Shown in pieces: positions 13,501-27,000 of a stretch of DNA of 64,000 nucleotides (position 1 is its first letter; every line of letters starts with the position of its first letter). The DNA is taken from positions 11,906,001 through 11,970,000 of the forward strand of contig NC_087263.1 of NCBI RefSeq assembly GCF_037042905.1. Direction: 5' to 3'. Source of the DNA: Lytechinus pictus. Its lineage: Eukaryota. A model generated the notes under the pieces. The model saw nothing but the letters and a program-made list of their open reading frames with translations, did no database searches and had not been told where the DNA came from. Made by a program: the position numbers and the translations under genes.

Positions 13501-16500
13501 GTTTCATCCCTTGACAAATTGTGAACTTTAAATCAATGTGTAATATGACATTTTCTGTATTTTCAGAAGAAAAAAAAAATTTCTTACCGAAAATTCTGGT
13601 GTTGTCGAGGGATTCGCCATGAACCACAAATCACTCGCACCTGACGGCAAGGTGGCCATATCTATCAATCCTTCGGCCTCCAAAGCCGAATCAAATGTGT
13701 GGTCTTTCCCACATACACTCCCCATCATAAAATGAGTGCCCTTTTCTGCAGTAACCTGGAATGAGTCATAAGAAAGTATTAGTCGAAACGAACGCAGAGG
13801 GCGTCAACACTTACGCAACACTGCAAATTGTTGACACCCTCCACGTTCGTTGGCCAGGGGTTACGTACAGTTAGGACGAGTGCCATCGATTATTTATTTG
13901 AATAGCATGTAATCATTCATTTTTTTTTTCTTTCTTTATCCATTAGAAGCATTATTTGATTCATTTTTCTGTTTATGTATCTATTCCGTTTCTTCAGGGG
14001 AAACGCCCCTTTCTCTTATTTTATTTTTACTTATTCTGAATTTCGCCGTGGAGACGTTTTGTCGCCAGGACCAAGGGCGGAAATCTTTCCCCAAAGGTAG
14101 CGGGACCAGGGGCTGGAAACAAAAAGTTATAACCCCAAATGTAAGGTCTTTTGACCAAAATAAATTTGAAAAGCAAAAAAGAGGTTATCACCCCAAATGA
14201 AAGGTCATTTCGACCAAAAGAAATCTGACAAGCAAAAAAAGTAAGGTTATCACCCAAAAAGTAAGGTCATCTCATCCAAAAAACATCTTTTATTTCGATT
14301 TTGAAAGATGTATTTCTTTCCATCATAAAATACCAAAAATAGTAGGGGGACATTTGATATTGTAATCCCCCCTACTATTTTAGGAAGGGGGACGCAACCC
14401 CCTGTCCCCTGTGATTTCCGCCCATGACTCTTATAGAGCGAGGAAACTGAAATATTAATCAATGACCACAAATGGAATGTTACATTTTATTGAGAGAGAA
14501 AAAAAGAGAACAAAAAAAAAGTTAGTATTATGAGTAGTATTATGATACACATATTTTCTCAACAACAAGAAAATGAAATTATCTTGTCCCTCTCTCTCTC
14601 TTTCTCTCTCTCTCCCATCTTCCGTAATACCTAGTACCCACTTACGATTCGCGCCACTATGTGATCTTACTCGTAGAGTAATCGTAGTGATCATGTCTGG
14701 TCGTATCAGATCGTGACAGATCAATCGGGGAAATCGTACTGATCGATGAAAACTTTGAATGGTTAAAAAATTATCGCGATCAGTCACGAAAGGCCAATCG
14801 TGGCTTTCGTGAAGGATCGCGCGACAGTGGGAACGGGGTACATGTACAACTTACGAAAAGTCTGTTTCGCGTCATTTTCGCAGGGGTACTGCTGCAATGA
14901 TGTAATGCGTCTTGTCATTGCAGCTTTCACGCAGTTCCCGTTTTGACTGTGGCGCATGCTGCTTGCAGGAGCCCTGAAAAGACTCTTGCACCGGCCCAAG
15001 GGGCGGATCCAGGATTTTCCAAAGAGGGGGAGGACACATTTCCCCGAGTAAAAAAAAATGACAAGCAAAAAAAAAGAGGGTCTTCACTTTCAAAGGGGGG
15101 GCACACTTCTGTCATGTTTGTTTTAACTGCATTTTTGCATTACAAATTTCAATCCTGCCTCTCAAAAAGGGGGCATTGGGTTCCCCCTCCCCCCTGGATC
15201 CGCCAGTGCACCGGCCTGTCTATGTTATATATTTATAAACCATATCATATGATTGGTCCGATTGGATGGATGGAAAATAGGTTTACCATGTCTATCCTCC
15301 ACAATTTTTAAACTTCGAATGAATTTCTGTCATAACTTTTAAGGAATAAAACAAACCTTCTTAAGCATCTTGAGTAACATTTGCTGGAGTCCATGGTCTG
15401 GTGATAAACATAATAAATGATTATCATAATAATAATATGAATAGGCCTAGTAATGTTGATAATTACAATTTTGAAGATAATATTGATAATAATATTGAAT
15501 AATGATATTGATAATAATTTTGATGAAAAAGAGTATTTTCATAATAATTTAAAATTTATGAGAAGACGACCTTAGGGTGGCCACTTGTTTTTGATGGCGA
15601 TGATGATTATTATTGAACCTCCAACAGAGGTAAATCGAGAAGACCTATATAACCCGGGCGTCTCCTTATGACATTTTCCCTACATTTTTGTGTTTCTATT
15701 TTTTCTGGGTCTTCTCCTTTCTTTTCTCAAAAAAAAATTGGTGTTTGCCCTCCTGCCCCAACAAAGCACCAGCATATTGCTAGACGATAATACTTACCCC
15801 TGTGAGACGGTTTCACATAGCAGCAATGTATAAAACCAGCTGTACCGACTACGTAATTGTAGGGGAAAGAAATAAAGGCACATCCGATGATCTCAGTTTT
15901 ATTTTCTGCCTCATCTGTAACCTCTGTGATGATTGCTGTAAAAAGCTCACGTTCGTAATGGTCGATGAAGGCTGTTGCGGGAAATAATTAAGAAGTGTAT
16001 ACCGTGTACGTTTGAATTGGATGAATAAAAACAAAATGAAGATAAAGAAATTAATCTTTTTTTTATTTAAGGAGAATGAAACCACAGGAACAACTTAACA
16101 ATGAAAGAATAACAAAAGTTGACAAAGTGGACAAAGAAGGAAATTGTGAGCGATTGATTGTCTAAATCACTAATGACGTGGACATCCTTACGGTAAATTA
16201 TCGGAAGTTGTGTGACATCGATCATAAAGTCTGTTAGAATTGCCTATGATGTCACACAACTCTACCCCTTGGACAATGGAAATATTATATTCCCAAACAT
16301 CTATTTTTTGGCTCATTCTAATGATAGACAAACAATAATTCATTTATGATATGATGTGAAACTGTATTACATATTACACCTGGGCCCCGTCTGAATACAG
16401 AGTTGCGATTGAACAGATAATCTTAAACTATATGTAAAATCCAACTATATCATATTTTTTTCCAGGAAATTTGCATAATATCCTTTCTAAACAAATAGAA

Positions 16501-16980
16501 GCACACTGAATTTTCAAGAAAACAGTGAATGCATGGATATACAGCACATCTAGAAAATGTTTTGAAGAATCATGCATTTGATATATTGACGTTGCTGGCT
16601 TTCCATAGTTGTGGTTGATCTGATCAATTGTAACTCTTTGTACGACGGGACCCAGGTTTTCAATCATCTTTAAAAATATCGTGCATGAATGTTCTACCAA
16701 ATACATGTACATAATGCTTCAAGCAATATTACCCCTGTCATATTTGACTCCGAATCCTCTTTGTGTTTTATTTTTAGGTTTGATTGATTTCAAATCCTAT
16801 ACAGATTTAAATCATAGTCAACCAAACCATTTCCTGCTATTGATACCTAGATATGAACTTACCTTGCTTTGAATTCGTGAATTCTTTCTCTAAACCCTGT
16901 TCGACGACGTACTCATTGAGGAGATCGTAAACAGTCGATATATCATTCGTTGTCGCTACACGGCAGCTATATCGGCCCAT
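10569..16980 (-). CDS. Tandem double-GNAT (SSAT/SAT1-like) acetyltransferase, copy A; terminal exon not found
   Basis: Exons 16980-16863 (ATG, 118 nt), 15971-15798, 15397-15357, 13755-13588, 13061-12938, 11734-11540 and 10609-10569 are all canonical and in phase. Domain 1: MGRYSCRVATTNDISTVYDLLNEY...IIGCAF...YVKPSHRDHGLQQML. Domain 2: YVVREGSFKDLDDVYDLCNEL...IVGCILY...WLQGLYISPQHTGKGLGKPLV. Confidence 0.85.
14628..14840. mobile_element. Short MITE in an intron of copy A
   Basis: Imperfect TIR tacctagtacccact / agtgggaacggggta, with repeated atcgt/acgat motifs inside. Confidence 0.5.
16382..16653. mobile_element. Harbinger-type MITE (family of 3054-3310)
   Basis: gggccccgtc ... gacgggaccc termini and shared internal gatcaat/gcaact motifs. 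Confidence 0.7.
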
Positions 16981-18334
16981 TTTCAATCCTTATGATGAAC
17001 CAAGCCTTTTGTCTTTTTTTTTGCCTTGGCACGACCGAATGATCAGTCTTTGACTGTTGAAGGTAAATAATGCTATGTCATTCAATTTCAAATAAACGAT
17101 CGGATCCTAGCAGTGGTGGCACCAAGTGGGGAACGAATAAACAGCCCACCTAATGATTATTCACAAAGGCATGCCTAGAACTGTTTCACCGGAATAATAA
17201 AACAACTATAAAATTCAATAACTTTGTTATTTGTTATCCGATTTCGATCAAATTTTCAAAAATTTTATCTGTGAATTTTACTCTTTTTATTGAGATATAA
17301 ACATTTCCAGCCTTTGGTTACAAGCGAATTTGACACGTTGACTCTTAAATTCCAAAGGAACGTTATGAGGCGTAAGCACAGTTTGACACTCTCTAACATT
17401 GTCTCATATTCATCCATTCCTGCAGAAATGCTTAACAAAAAGATACCACATAGTTTTACATAATTAATTCTTTCAAAATAAAGATTGACGATTTTGCTCG
17501 TCATAAATAATTTTTGAAAGGTAGTAAGAATGGCTTAGATGTATTTTTGTACTCACCCAGTAGTTTAGAAAGGGCGCATCAATGCATAGCAGAAGGTACG
17601 TTATTCGAGGAAATGATCAATTAGCATACATAGGTAGTGTCATGGTTACTTCTAGTACAACATGTACAACAAACAGATTTATTTTCACATTGGATATTAG
17701 CAAGATTTATTTTCAAATAACTAATAACTTTGAAAGGCTCCCTCCCCCCAAAAAAATAATAATACCCTTTACCTGTTGCACTTGAATACTTTAAAATATT
17801 GCACCTTCCTTCCAAAATCTGCCTGCGAGTATCCTGTACATTTTCCCGACGGAGACATAGGGCGTCATAGCTATTATAAGCATGACCATAACACACGTTT
17901 TACGATTCATGTTCAAAACGGACTTTGTCCATATTGTTTCTGCAAAGTACATACGTGTACTTATCTTTTTAGACGGTAAACAGTATGGCTGCCGAACCCT
18001 TTCAGGACCATGATCATTACAATATTGTAGGGTTTTCAAGGAATATAGTAAAAGATAGGGGAGCGTATATACCAAACGACGATTTGTGTGAGTGTGAGTG
18101 TATTTGGATGTGTATTGGGGAGGGTGGGGGTGTGTGATTTTCTTTTTTCTTTTTACTAGTTCTTTTCAATTTCCCCTTCTCTTGTATCAAAACGATTTGC
18201 AGGTTTTTCTTTCTGTATCCTATTTCGCGAAAAATTAAACGTTCATATGCATATTTATATATATTATGTTTGTTTACGTATGCATGGTATGTGCATGTGT
18301 GTGTGGGTGTTAAGGAGGGTGTGTGTATGTGTGA

Positions 18335-20250
18335 GATTTTAATACAATAATGAATGGAGATTTGGATTATTTAGGTCCAAGAATCTTTTATAAAAACAGA
18401 TTTAACAAGAAATTTGATGGATTTTTAGATAGATTCGGTTTAGAAGATATATGGAGGAGGATGAATCCTGAAAAGAAACAATTTACATTCAGGCAAAAAT
18501 GTCCTATTATGCAAAGTCGATTGGATTATTGGTTCGGGTCCTCTGCTTTTCAGCATTTAGTTAATGGTTGTGATATTGTAACATCAATCACGCCAGATCA
18601 TTCGGGCGTTCTGCTTCAATTAACAAGCAGTACAAAAGAGGAAGTAAACCCGATTATATTTAATAATAAGAATGTATGTGTAAGAGGTAAAATGATTTTT
18701 GATATTGATCTTTATAATAAGGGAATATACACTGTAGATCATATTTTTGATAACGGGGTTGTGAGACCTGTGGCTTATTTTCAAAATCTTGGGGTAACCG
18801 CAGATGAACTGCTCCACATTATTGATATAGTGCATGATATTCCAATTACTTGGAAAAATGCCTATAGCTCTATTAAATTTATAAAGATTGACGATGAGAA
18901 CTTCAATGTTAATTTGAATATCAGTAAGCTGGAAACTACTTTTGAGGTGATTAAATCAAAAATGATTTATAGTTGTTTTGTTGAAAATTTACGGGAAACT
19001 TATAATTTAACATTGAAAGATAAAAACATTAATTTGAATTTTACAGATGTTGAAATGTGTAATAGGCTTGCCCAAACCAGGAGCATAACTTTGATTAGGA
19101 AACAAAGAGAATTCCAGTTCTTACTTTTACACGGGGCGATTTATACCAAAGAACAGTTATTGAGATTTGGGTATGTTAAAGACAGTTTATGCTCTTTTTG
19201 TGGCAGAGAAACCGAATCATACATTCATATTTTTCTAAATTGTTCCAAGGTAAAACCTTTATGGGAATTTTTCATTAAATATTTCTGTATGTCTGAATTA
19301 AGAGATTTAGAATGGAGAGATATACATTTGGGATTATCTGGAAGTACGAATAGAAATAATTGTGTAAACTGTATAATCTTTTTCATCAAATATGCCATTT
19401 TCCAATCCAGAACTAATGGTCAGGTTCCTTCCTGCCATAAAATACAAAAATATATTGCGGAACGTAGGGAGGAAGAAAAATGCTTAGCTATAAAATCGGG
19501 CAAATTGAGTTTGCATGTAAAGAAATGGGAAGAACTGAAGGTGAATGAGGCAGTGAATGCAAACAGGTGTGAAGCGTCTGCTGGTGCTGTGAGTATGTAA
19601 TGGTATGTCCGCGTGTGAATGCGAGTGTGCAATGGTATATGTCCGCGTGTGAATGTGAGTGCTTGCTGCCAGGGATGGGGGGGGGGTTCCTATCTCCATG
19701 GTTAGCAAAATATATGTTTGAGTAGATCCAAAAAGAAAGAATATTTTGTTTGGGGTGTGGAAAAGGTTTTGTTTGTTTCATTTTGTTGATGTTGTGTTTT
19801 GTTTTGTTTTCGTGTGTGCTTTATATACAAAATCTTTATTCAGATTATTGTATACTTTCTAAGAATAAACATAGAGACTTTTTTTTTCTGTATTGTCTTA
19901 CAAAAGTTGGAGGAATGAATATACATGTATAAGTACTTTTTTTTTATTATGGGATAACCTCTTCACTTAAAAAAGTCTGTACTTTTGATTTTTCATCATA
20001 CAATACGGTATTATTATACAGTAAATACATGTGAAATTACGAGGTTTTTGTTATTGGTATTATGGGTTATGATAATATTTGTTCGAAAAATTTATATCAA
20101 GATGTATATTATTTCATATGTTATATTGCTGTATAAGTGTACTTCACTTTAATTTGCATACATGTATTTGATTTATTACCCTTGTACATGAAAAATGTAA
20201 TAGTATCTGAATAAAGGCTAAAAAAGCAAGAGAAAAAAAGAAAAAAAAAT
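18335..20250 (+). mobile_element. L1/Tx1-clade LINE remnant: 5'-truncated, with the endonuclease C-terminus fused in frame to the C-terminal zinc-binding region and RT absent
   Basis: The open frame starts at DFN (18335) and contains APE motifs DIWR, SRLDY and PDH. It then jumps to PIIFNNKN...CSFC...HIF..C (zf-RVT-like). No PQG or YADD motif is present. A long 3' UTR ends in aataaa plus an A-rich tail at ~20210-20250. Confidence 0.85.
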
Positions 20251-20699
20251 GTGTGTATAATTATGTAAAGTTATGTTGAAGCTTGATGTAAAATGGGATG
20301 CAATGATAATACACGTAGGTTTATTTCTGTTTTCCAGCAAATCATTCAGTCATTTGATATTAATTATTATAAAAATACATAGTGTTGGGGGCTCAGTTAA
20401 GTAAGTTTTTTTTAGATATAAAAGTATAATTTTAAGGAATTTCATTCCGTCCTTATTTGCTTCAGTTTTTGGTATATATATATATATATATCTATATTTT
20501 TTATTTTTTTGCATGTCCTTGTTGATATAAAATGAAGATTTGTACTTTTATGTATTTATCTGGAGTTTATGTAATCCATTGGAATGAAATCCTTAATAAA
20601 AAACATGTTGAAAAAAATTGAGGGAGGATGTGTGTGAGGGTGTGTGTGAATTGATGAGGGTGTGTGTGTACATTTCCCATGTTTATTATGTTGATTGAT

Positions 20700-22225
20700 T
20701 TAACAATATCGGTTGATGCAATCATGGATTGGTTAAAGACTGGTTGGTTAATTATCTTTCAGACCGAGAACAATACATATCTTATAATAATTTCAACTCA
20801 AATATTTTACCTATCAAATGTGGAGTTCCCCAAGGTTCAATCATTGGTCCTTTGTTTCTAATATATATAAATGATATTTGTAATTCGTCTTCATTACTTC
20901 AAATAATTTTATTTGCAGATGACACGAATGTATTTTTTTCTCACCGTGACCTTCTTTATCTTATTGAAACTATTAATACAGAACTCCCCAAAGTCTCCAC
21001 GTGGTTCAGAAGTAACAATTTATCATTTAAATGTAAAAAAGACAAATTATATAGACTTTAAAAATCAACGCTCCAATATTAATATTCGGTCATTTGATAT
21101 TTTTATTGATAATATGAAAATTGATCAGAAAGAAACAAAGTTTTTAGGTATTACTGTCGATGATAAATTAAACTGGAATACACATATAGCTAATATTGTT
21201 ACTTCTGTATCACGTGGAGTCGGTGTATTGTATAAGGTCAGATCATTTATTCCTCGCCAAACATTATTTACTATATATAATTCTATCATACTGCCTTATA
21301 TTTCATATTGTAATGTTGTATGGGCTTGTCAAAAAACAAAAATCTATTCTTTATTTCTTCTTCAGAAAAAAGCTATTCGTATTTGTACAAGCTCAGACTA
21401 TCGAGCTCATTCAAATCCTTTGTTCCATAAGCTGAGAACCCTAACCATACATGACATTCATTACCTTCAAATTGCTCTTTTTATGTACAGATTCCAAATC
21501 CGCGACCTTCAGACAACCTTTTAAAAATGTTCCATTTCAATACACATATTCATAATTACCCAACCCGAACCTCTACAAATATTCATTTAGAAAACCCAAG
21601 AACAGCTCTTGCCCATAGATCTATTCGACATACTGGCCCTGACATTTGGAATTCTCTTTCTATTTATATTCGTTCGTGCCCAACGAAAAATTCATTTAAG
21701 AGGCAAGTTAAAAATTTCCTTCTTTCAAACTATGAAACACAAGGCTGATAATAATGTCATATATGTTGTATTACCATTGCATGGTTACATAATATACCAC
21801 CACACATATGTAATTCTTTTTGCTATTTATGATTATTATACAAACAAAATACCTCACCAACGAGTCTTCGTTATCAAAATATGATGTCTTGTATTTTATA
21901 TATTGTTAGCACTCTCTTCATGTTTCTCTCTTTCTATTCAGTTCTCTTTCCCACTCTGTTTTTCACCCCTTACTCTATCTCACTTGCTCTTCCTTTACCT
22001 CTTATTTGATGTTCGCATCATTGAATGTATTCTCTTAGCAAATGTATAATTTATGTATCATGTGTATGTATTTTTTTCTTGGAACATCGTTTTCAAGCTC
22101 ATAGAGCTTATGATGCTCCAATCATGTTTATATATATATAATATGAATGATTATACTAATATGAATATTATGTAATGTTGAAAATGATGTATATATGTAT
22201 ATGAATAAATCAAATCAAATCAAAT
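20700..22225 (+). mobile_element. CR1/L2-group LINE, 5'-truncated and frameshifted
   Basis: RT motifs GVPQGSIIGPL and FADD, then KFLG...LNW..HI and LQKKAIRI, split over three frames. The 3' end is aataaa(tcaaa)3. Confidence 0.92.
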
Positions 22226-23803
22226 TGACTGTTTGATTTATCGGTTCACCTGATCACAGTTTTGTTTTTCTACTGCTTGTGAGATATCGCCATTGAACAT
22301 TACATCGTCTTTCTCATTTTTAATCAGTTGAATTTCATTTTGGGGTTTTTTGTATTCTTTATTTGCAATGATCAACACAATACTGTATAATATATTCAAA
22401 AATAGAAAAGAAAATAGAATGAACCTTATAAGCAATACATTTACATTGAAAAAAATACAGGAACATAATTGATACATAAATACAAAGGAATAATGAGCTC
22501 ATTACACTTTTTAATCGACTTATGGATAAGAATGAATATGTAATATGTATTATGTGCACGCCAATATTTTGTATTTGTCTCTCCTTGATTATGTATATTT
22601 CCTTATGTGTTGTAATTTGTATGTTTGCATGTAAACAAAATGAATTTCCATTAAGTTGGACAATAAAAAAACCATATATATAACAATATTGACAATTCAA
22701 CAAATTACCGATTGCGAAGTACATGCAACATATTAACGAAGGAGGGATTATTGAGGAGCTGAATTATGAGATGGTAAAACCCTCTGAAAGACAAATAGTA
22801 AGCTTGATCATCAAAACAGCGTGGAGTAAATAAACTAATCAGACAAAATATATTGAAGGGAAACAGAGATATAGAATGGATCAAGATCAACAGAATGGCA
22901 TTATTAAATTTGATGCCTGTAATTTCAGTACAATACCTTCAATTACTTGTACAAATTTATGGATATAACATGAATATGTATATGTTTATATACTTGAGCA
23001 TTTTTAAACTCTCTTGGTGAATTTCCGATTGGTCTCGTACTACTTCGCCTACTTCGTGTTTGTTCTCAACCCACATGGTCTAATCCTAGTTCATCTACTA
23101 GCCATTTGTAAATTCAATGGAATTAATTGCCACTCAGTCCACACCCACTTTGACCATAGGCGGCGGAAGCGGGGGACGACCTGTCCCCCCCCCCTAAATT
23201 TGAGGTTGGGGGACGGCCCCCCTAAATTTGTTGTTGATATAACCTTTTTTTTGCCTGTCAAAAAGTTTTGGTGTTCCCCTCCCCTAATATTTTGCTTGAT
23301 AACCTTTTTTTTTTGGCTTGCTTGTCAAATTTTTAACCTGTGTCCATCCCAAAATTTTCCGCCGCCGATGATTTTGACTACTTTCCATTTGGTCTCATCT
23401 TACATGGTCTAATATTATTTCATCAACAACCAGTAAATCTACAATAATTTGGTATGATTGCTATTTAGTACATTTAACAATTTATCTGATTTCCAATTAT
23501 GCCTTACCCATTTGTCTTATATCCACTTGATCAAAAACCATCTAGTCCATATTATGTGAGTTATTTATGAACTAAATTTTCATTTGACAAAGTAAAAACA
23601 TAAAGTACTTGAATTGGAAAGTAGACCAGATGGATATTAGATTAATGTTGGTAGGACCAAATGGATCTCAGTCTAGACCAAATGATTACTAGACCAATTA
23701 GACCAAATTGATTTAATCCATACGAGATACTTTCAGACCATTAGACCAACTACCTGTACCCCCTTAAAACCTTTTGCAACCTTTTTTTTATCACCTAGAT
23801 TTA

Positions 23804-23920
23804 TATTATGACGTTGACGGTTTCCATACATTGGTATTATGACGTTCAATTCTTTCCATAGATTTGTATTATGACGGACGCTTTCCATAGACTTGTATCA
23901 AGACTTTGGACGCTTCCCAT
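23804..23920. repeat. Four degenerate ~30-bp tandem repeats in the presumed 3' UTR of copy B
   Basis: tattatgacg...tttccata(g/c)a.ttg unit repeated. Confidence 0.8.
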
Positions 23921-24026
23921 TGGTTAGTGGTTCCGGTCAATTTTAACTCGTAGTACGACCGACCCCAGATACAAAATTGATTTATTCACTCGTTTACCGA
24001 CAATATCCTTCTGTATTTGTACAGAT

Positions 24027-27000
24027 TTACATGTAAAGAAGTAGGTGTGATTGCATGTTGTGTTTAGATTTTGTCATATTTACACCTTGGAGTGATTTAA
24101 AGAGTGATTGTGATACATGGTTATTTCTGAGAATAATAAATATGAATCCGTCTCCATGGCGATCCTTGCAAACCTGTAAAAAAAGAGAGGTAAAACGAGA
24201 ACATGTATAGTGATTAGACTAATAAGAATTGGGACCATTGTTTTTTTTTAAATGTCACTTTCCTTTATATTGAAAACTTGCCATGCCATTTCTTCACCAC
24301 AAGAACTTTCTTTTTATACTACAACTTAGAATAATATTAATTTTGTTTGGTTCTCCGTTAAAAAAACAATTTGAGCGTTGCCCCAAACAACAAATTTTCA
24401 GTAACCACACAGGTTTATATTTTCCAACTTCGACAATGTATAGTGCAATCTGCTAGATTTTAATGCGTCGGGGTTCAAGTATGGAAAACGGGCAGAAAAT
24501 ACACACACTTGTAATGTGACAATCGGGGACTCTTTAATCATTAATCGCCGAAGAAAGGACGTATGTGTGCGGTATCGTAAACTAAATTTATTCCACTATC
24601 CTGACTCATTTTCGGACATTATCAAAATGTGTATAGATCGCTTACCCGGGACGTATCCTACCCACAACACACACAAACCGAGTTCAACTAATCGAACTTA
24701 TTAAGTGGTGAGGAATCGATTTTGGTTAAAATGGTCATGGGACGTCCCCGTTCGATGGGTGACATGTAAGAAAATGTCCCCAGAATTAGGGGATTACAAG
24801 CTCACACCCTGACATACACCCACACACGCACCCATAGCCCGACGCTAGGCACGATAGAAAGAAAGAGAGAGGGGGAGGGGTAAAATTTACCTCAAGTGAT
24901 GCACGGACCAGCGGTTTTCCAAGGCCTTTTCCTGTTTCAAAATAATTATGAAGAATAAAATGCTCCTTAAAAACATTGAGTAATAAACCCTTTCCTTCTT
25001 CAAGTCGTATCGATGCTAATTTTTCGTCTACTCCAGATTGGCTTACCCACCCAAAAAAAAAAAAACACACACACATTCCAGAACGTAGAGACGCACTGTG
25101 ATAGAGCAGCATTATATTCAACTCTGGTAAATAAGAATTGTATTTGTAGAAGATGTAGTAGCAGTAGTATGACATTTTGATGCAAATTTTGAGAACTGAT
25201 ACTCAGCCGGAACGTTGGCAAAAAACAAAAATGTTTGTCAGACGTTTTTTTTCTTCCAAAACGTAATATCAATATGCTTGTACTTTATTTTCGAGAATGT
25301 TATATAGACATAGATGTTTTAAGACAAAAGATTCGTATCAATATGTATTCTGCTTCTCCTCCAAAATTGCTTGACCCCCCGCCCTGTCATGAAATAATGA
25401 AATGGTAAATGTGACCACTAATTTGTGACAACAATTTTCCCCCTTATTTTCATTTTCAGTGAAAGCTAAATTTGTATAGTTTTTCTGCTCCGTATCTTGG
25501 TGCTTGACACACACATCATGTACATATCAGTGAGGTATATAGCCGGCGTTATCTTCTTTGCAATCATGGCCATGTGAAACATTAGAGTCGTTTGAAATTG
25601 TTGGAACCAGTCGACATCGGTATAAATAACACAACGTAAGTCTGATGATATGAGGAGTTTGGTTGCAAAAAGGGTTAGGTCCACTTTGGACCATTCCGAG
25701 AAAAAAAACATGTTTTTATTCTCACTTATTGCAATATTCTTATGAGAAACTAAATTTTCATGATAACATGTGAACATAAAATAGGGTATAAAAGAAATGT
25801 ACCTGTCTTCCATTTTTTCTATATATTAAAAAATATATAATCATTGTGGACCTGAATCTAATCTCTTTTGAATGAAAAAGTGATTTTTCTTTGCCACTTT
25901 TATTCACGTTTTCATGTAAATTTCAAATTGTCTTTGGTATCATCAAAGCGACTAAAATCTATAGGTTTTGAGACAGAAAACAATAAAATTAATGAAAAAT
26001 GGACCTAACCCCATTTGACAAATGAGTTTTGATGTAAATTTCATATTGTCTTTGGTATCATCAGAGCGACAAAAAATCTATAGGTTTTGAGACAGAAAAC
26101 AATAACATTGCTGAAAGATGGACCTAACCCCTTTTGACAAATTAGCTCTTCAGAAGAGTTTGGTTGCAAAAGGGGTTAGGCCCACTCGAGGAAAATCTTT
26201 CTTTTTTTTATTTCTCCAATATTGCAATATTCTTATGCGAAACTATGAAATATTCATGATACCCTACCATATGAACATAAAATTGGGTATAAAAGAAATT
26301 TACCTGTTTTCATATTTTTTAATATTCTTTTCAAAAAAAACTATTTGTGGACCTGTTGCAACAATACTGAAATAGACCTAACCCCTTTTTGAAAAAAGTG
26401 ATTTTTCTTTGCCATTTTTGCTCACTTTTTAATGGGAATTTCAACTTTTCTTTGATATCATCATATAGAGCTACCAAAAATCTATACATTGAGACCCAAA
26501 AAAATCAAATTTGATGAAAAATGGACCTTACCCCTTTTGCAACTGAGCTCTTCATATATTCTATGGGATGAGCCACAAAAGTATATGTACTTGCCTTTGT
26601 GTGCTGGAGAGATATACAACCCTTGTAACCAATATGTGTCTCCTTTCAACGCATGATACATCTTACTATACAGTATACAACCGACGATATCGTGAATGAC
26701 GTCGCTCTCATCATCACCAATCCGACGTTGATGTTCCAAGACGACTGTTCCATACAAGGGACTATCTCTTCCCCCTTTACGTATGAATTCTGAAGATGGA
26801 GGACAAGTTTTGATGGAGTTTGCCGTAGTTTGCAAAAATGTGACGTAGTATCTTATTTAATTTCGTTTATTTTCAATTCCAACAAAATTAATCATGATAC
26901 TGGGCCATATTCAACGCAGCAATGCAACTTATTAATGAAATTTGACACACACTGTGACTGCATTACATATCTGTATAGATTGTTGGATAAGACGGGTTTT

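Noticed and set aside
23804..23920. CRISPR-like repeat/spacer appearance
   Set aside because: The variable parts are only a few bases, the repeats are degenerate, there are no cas genes and the context is eukaryotic.
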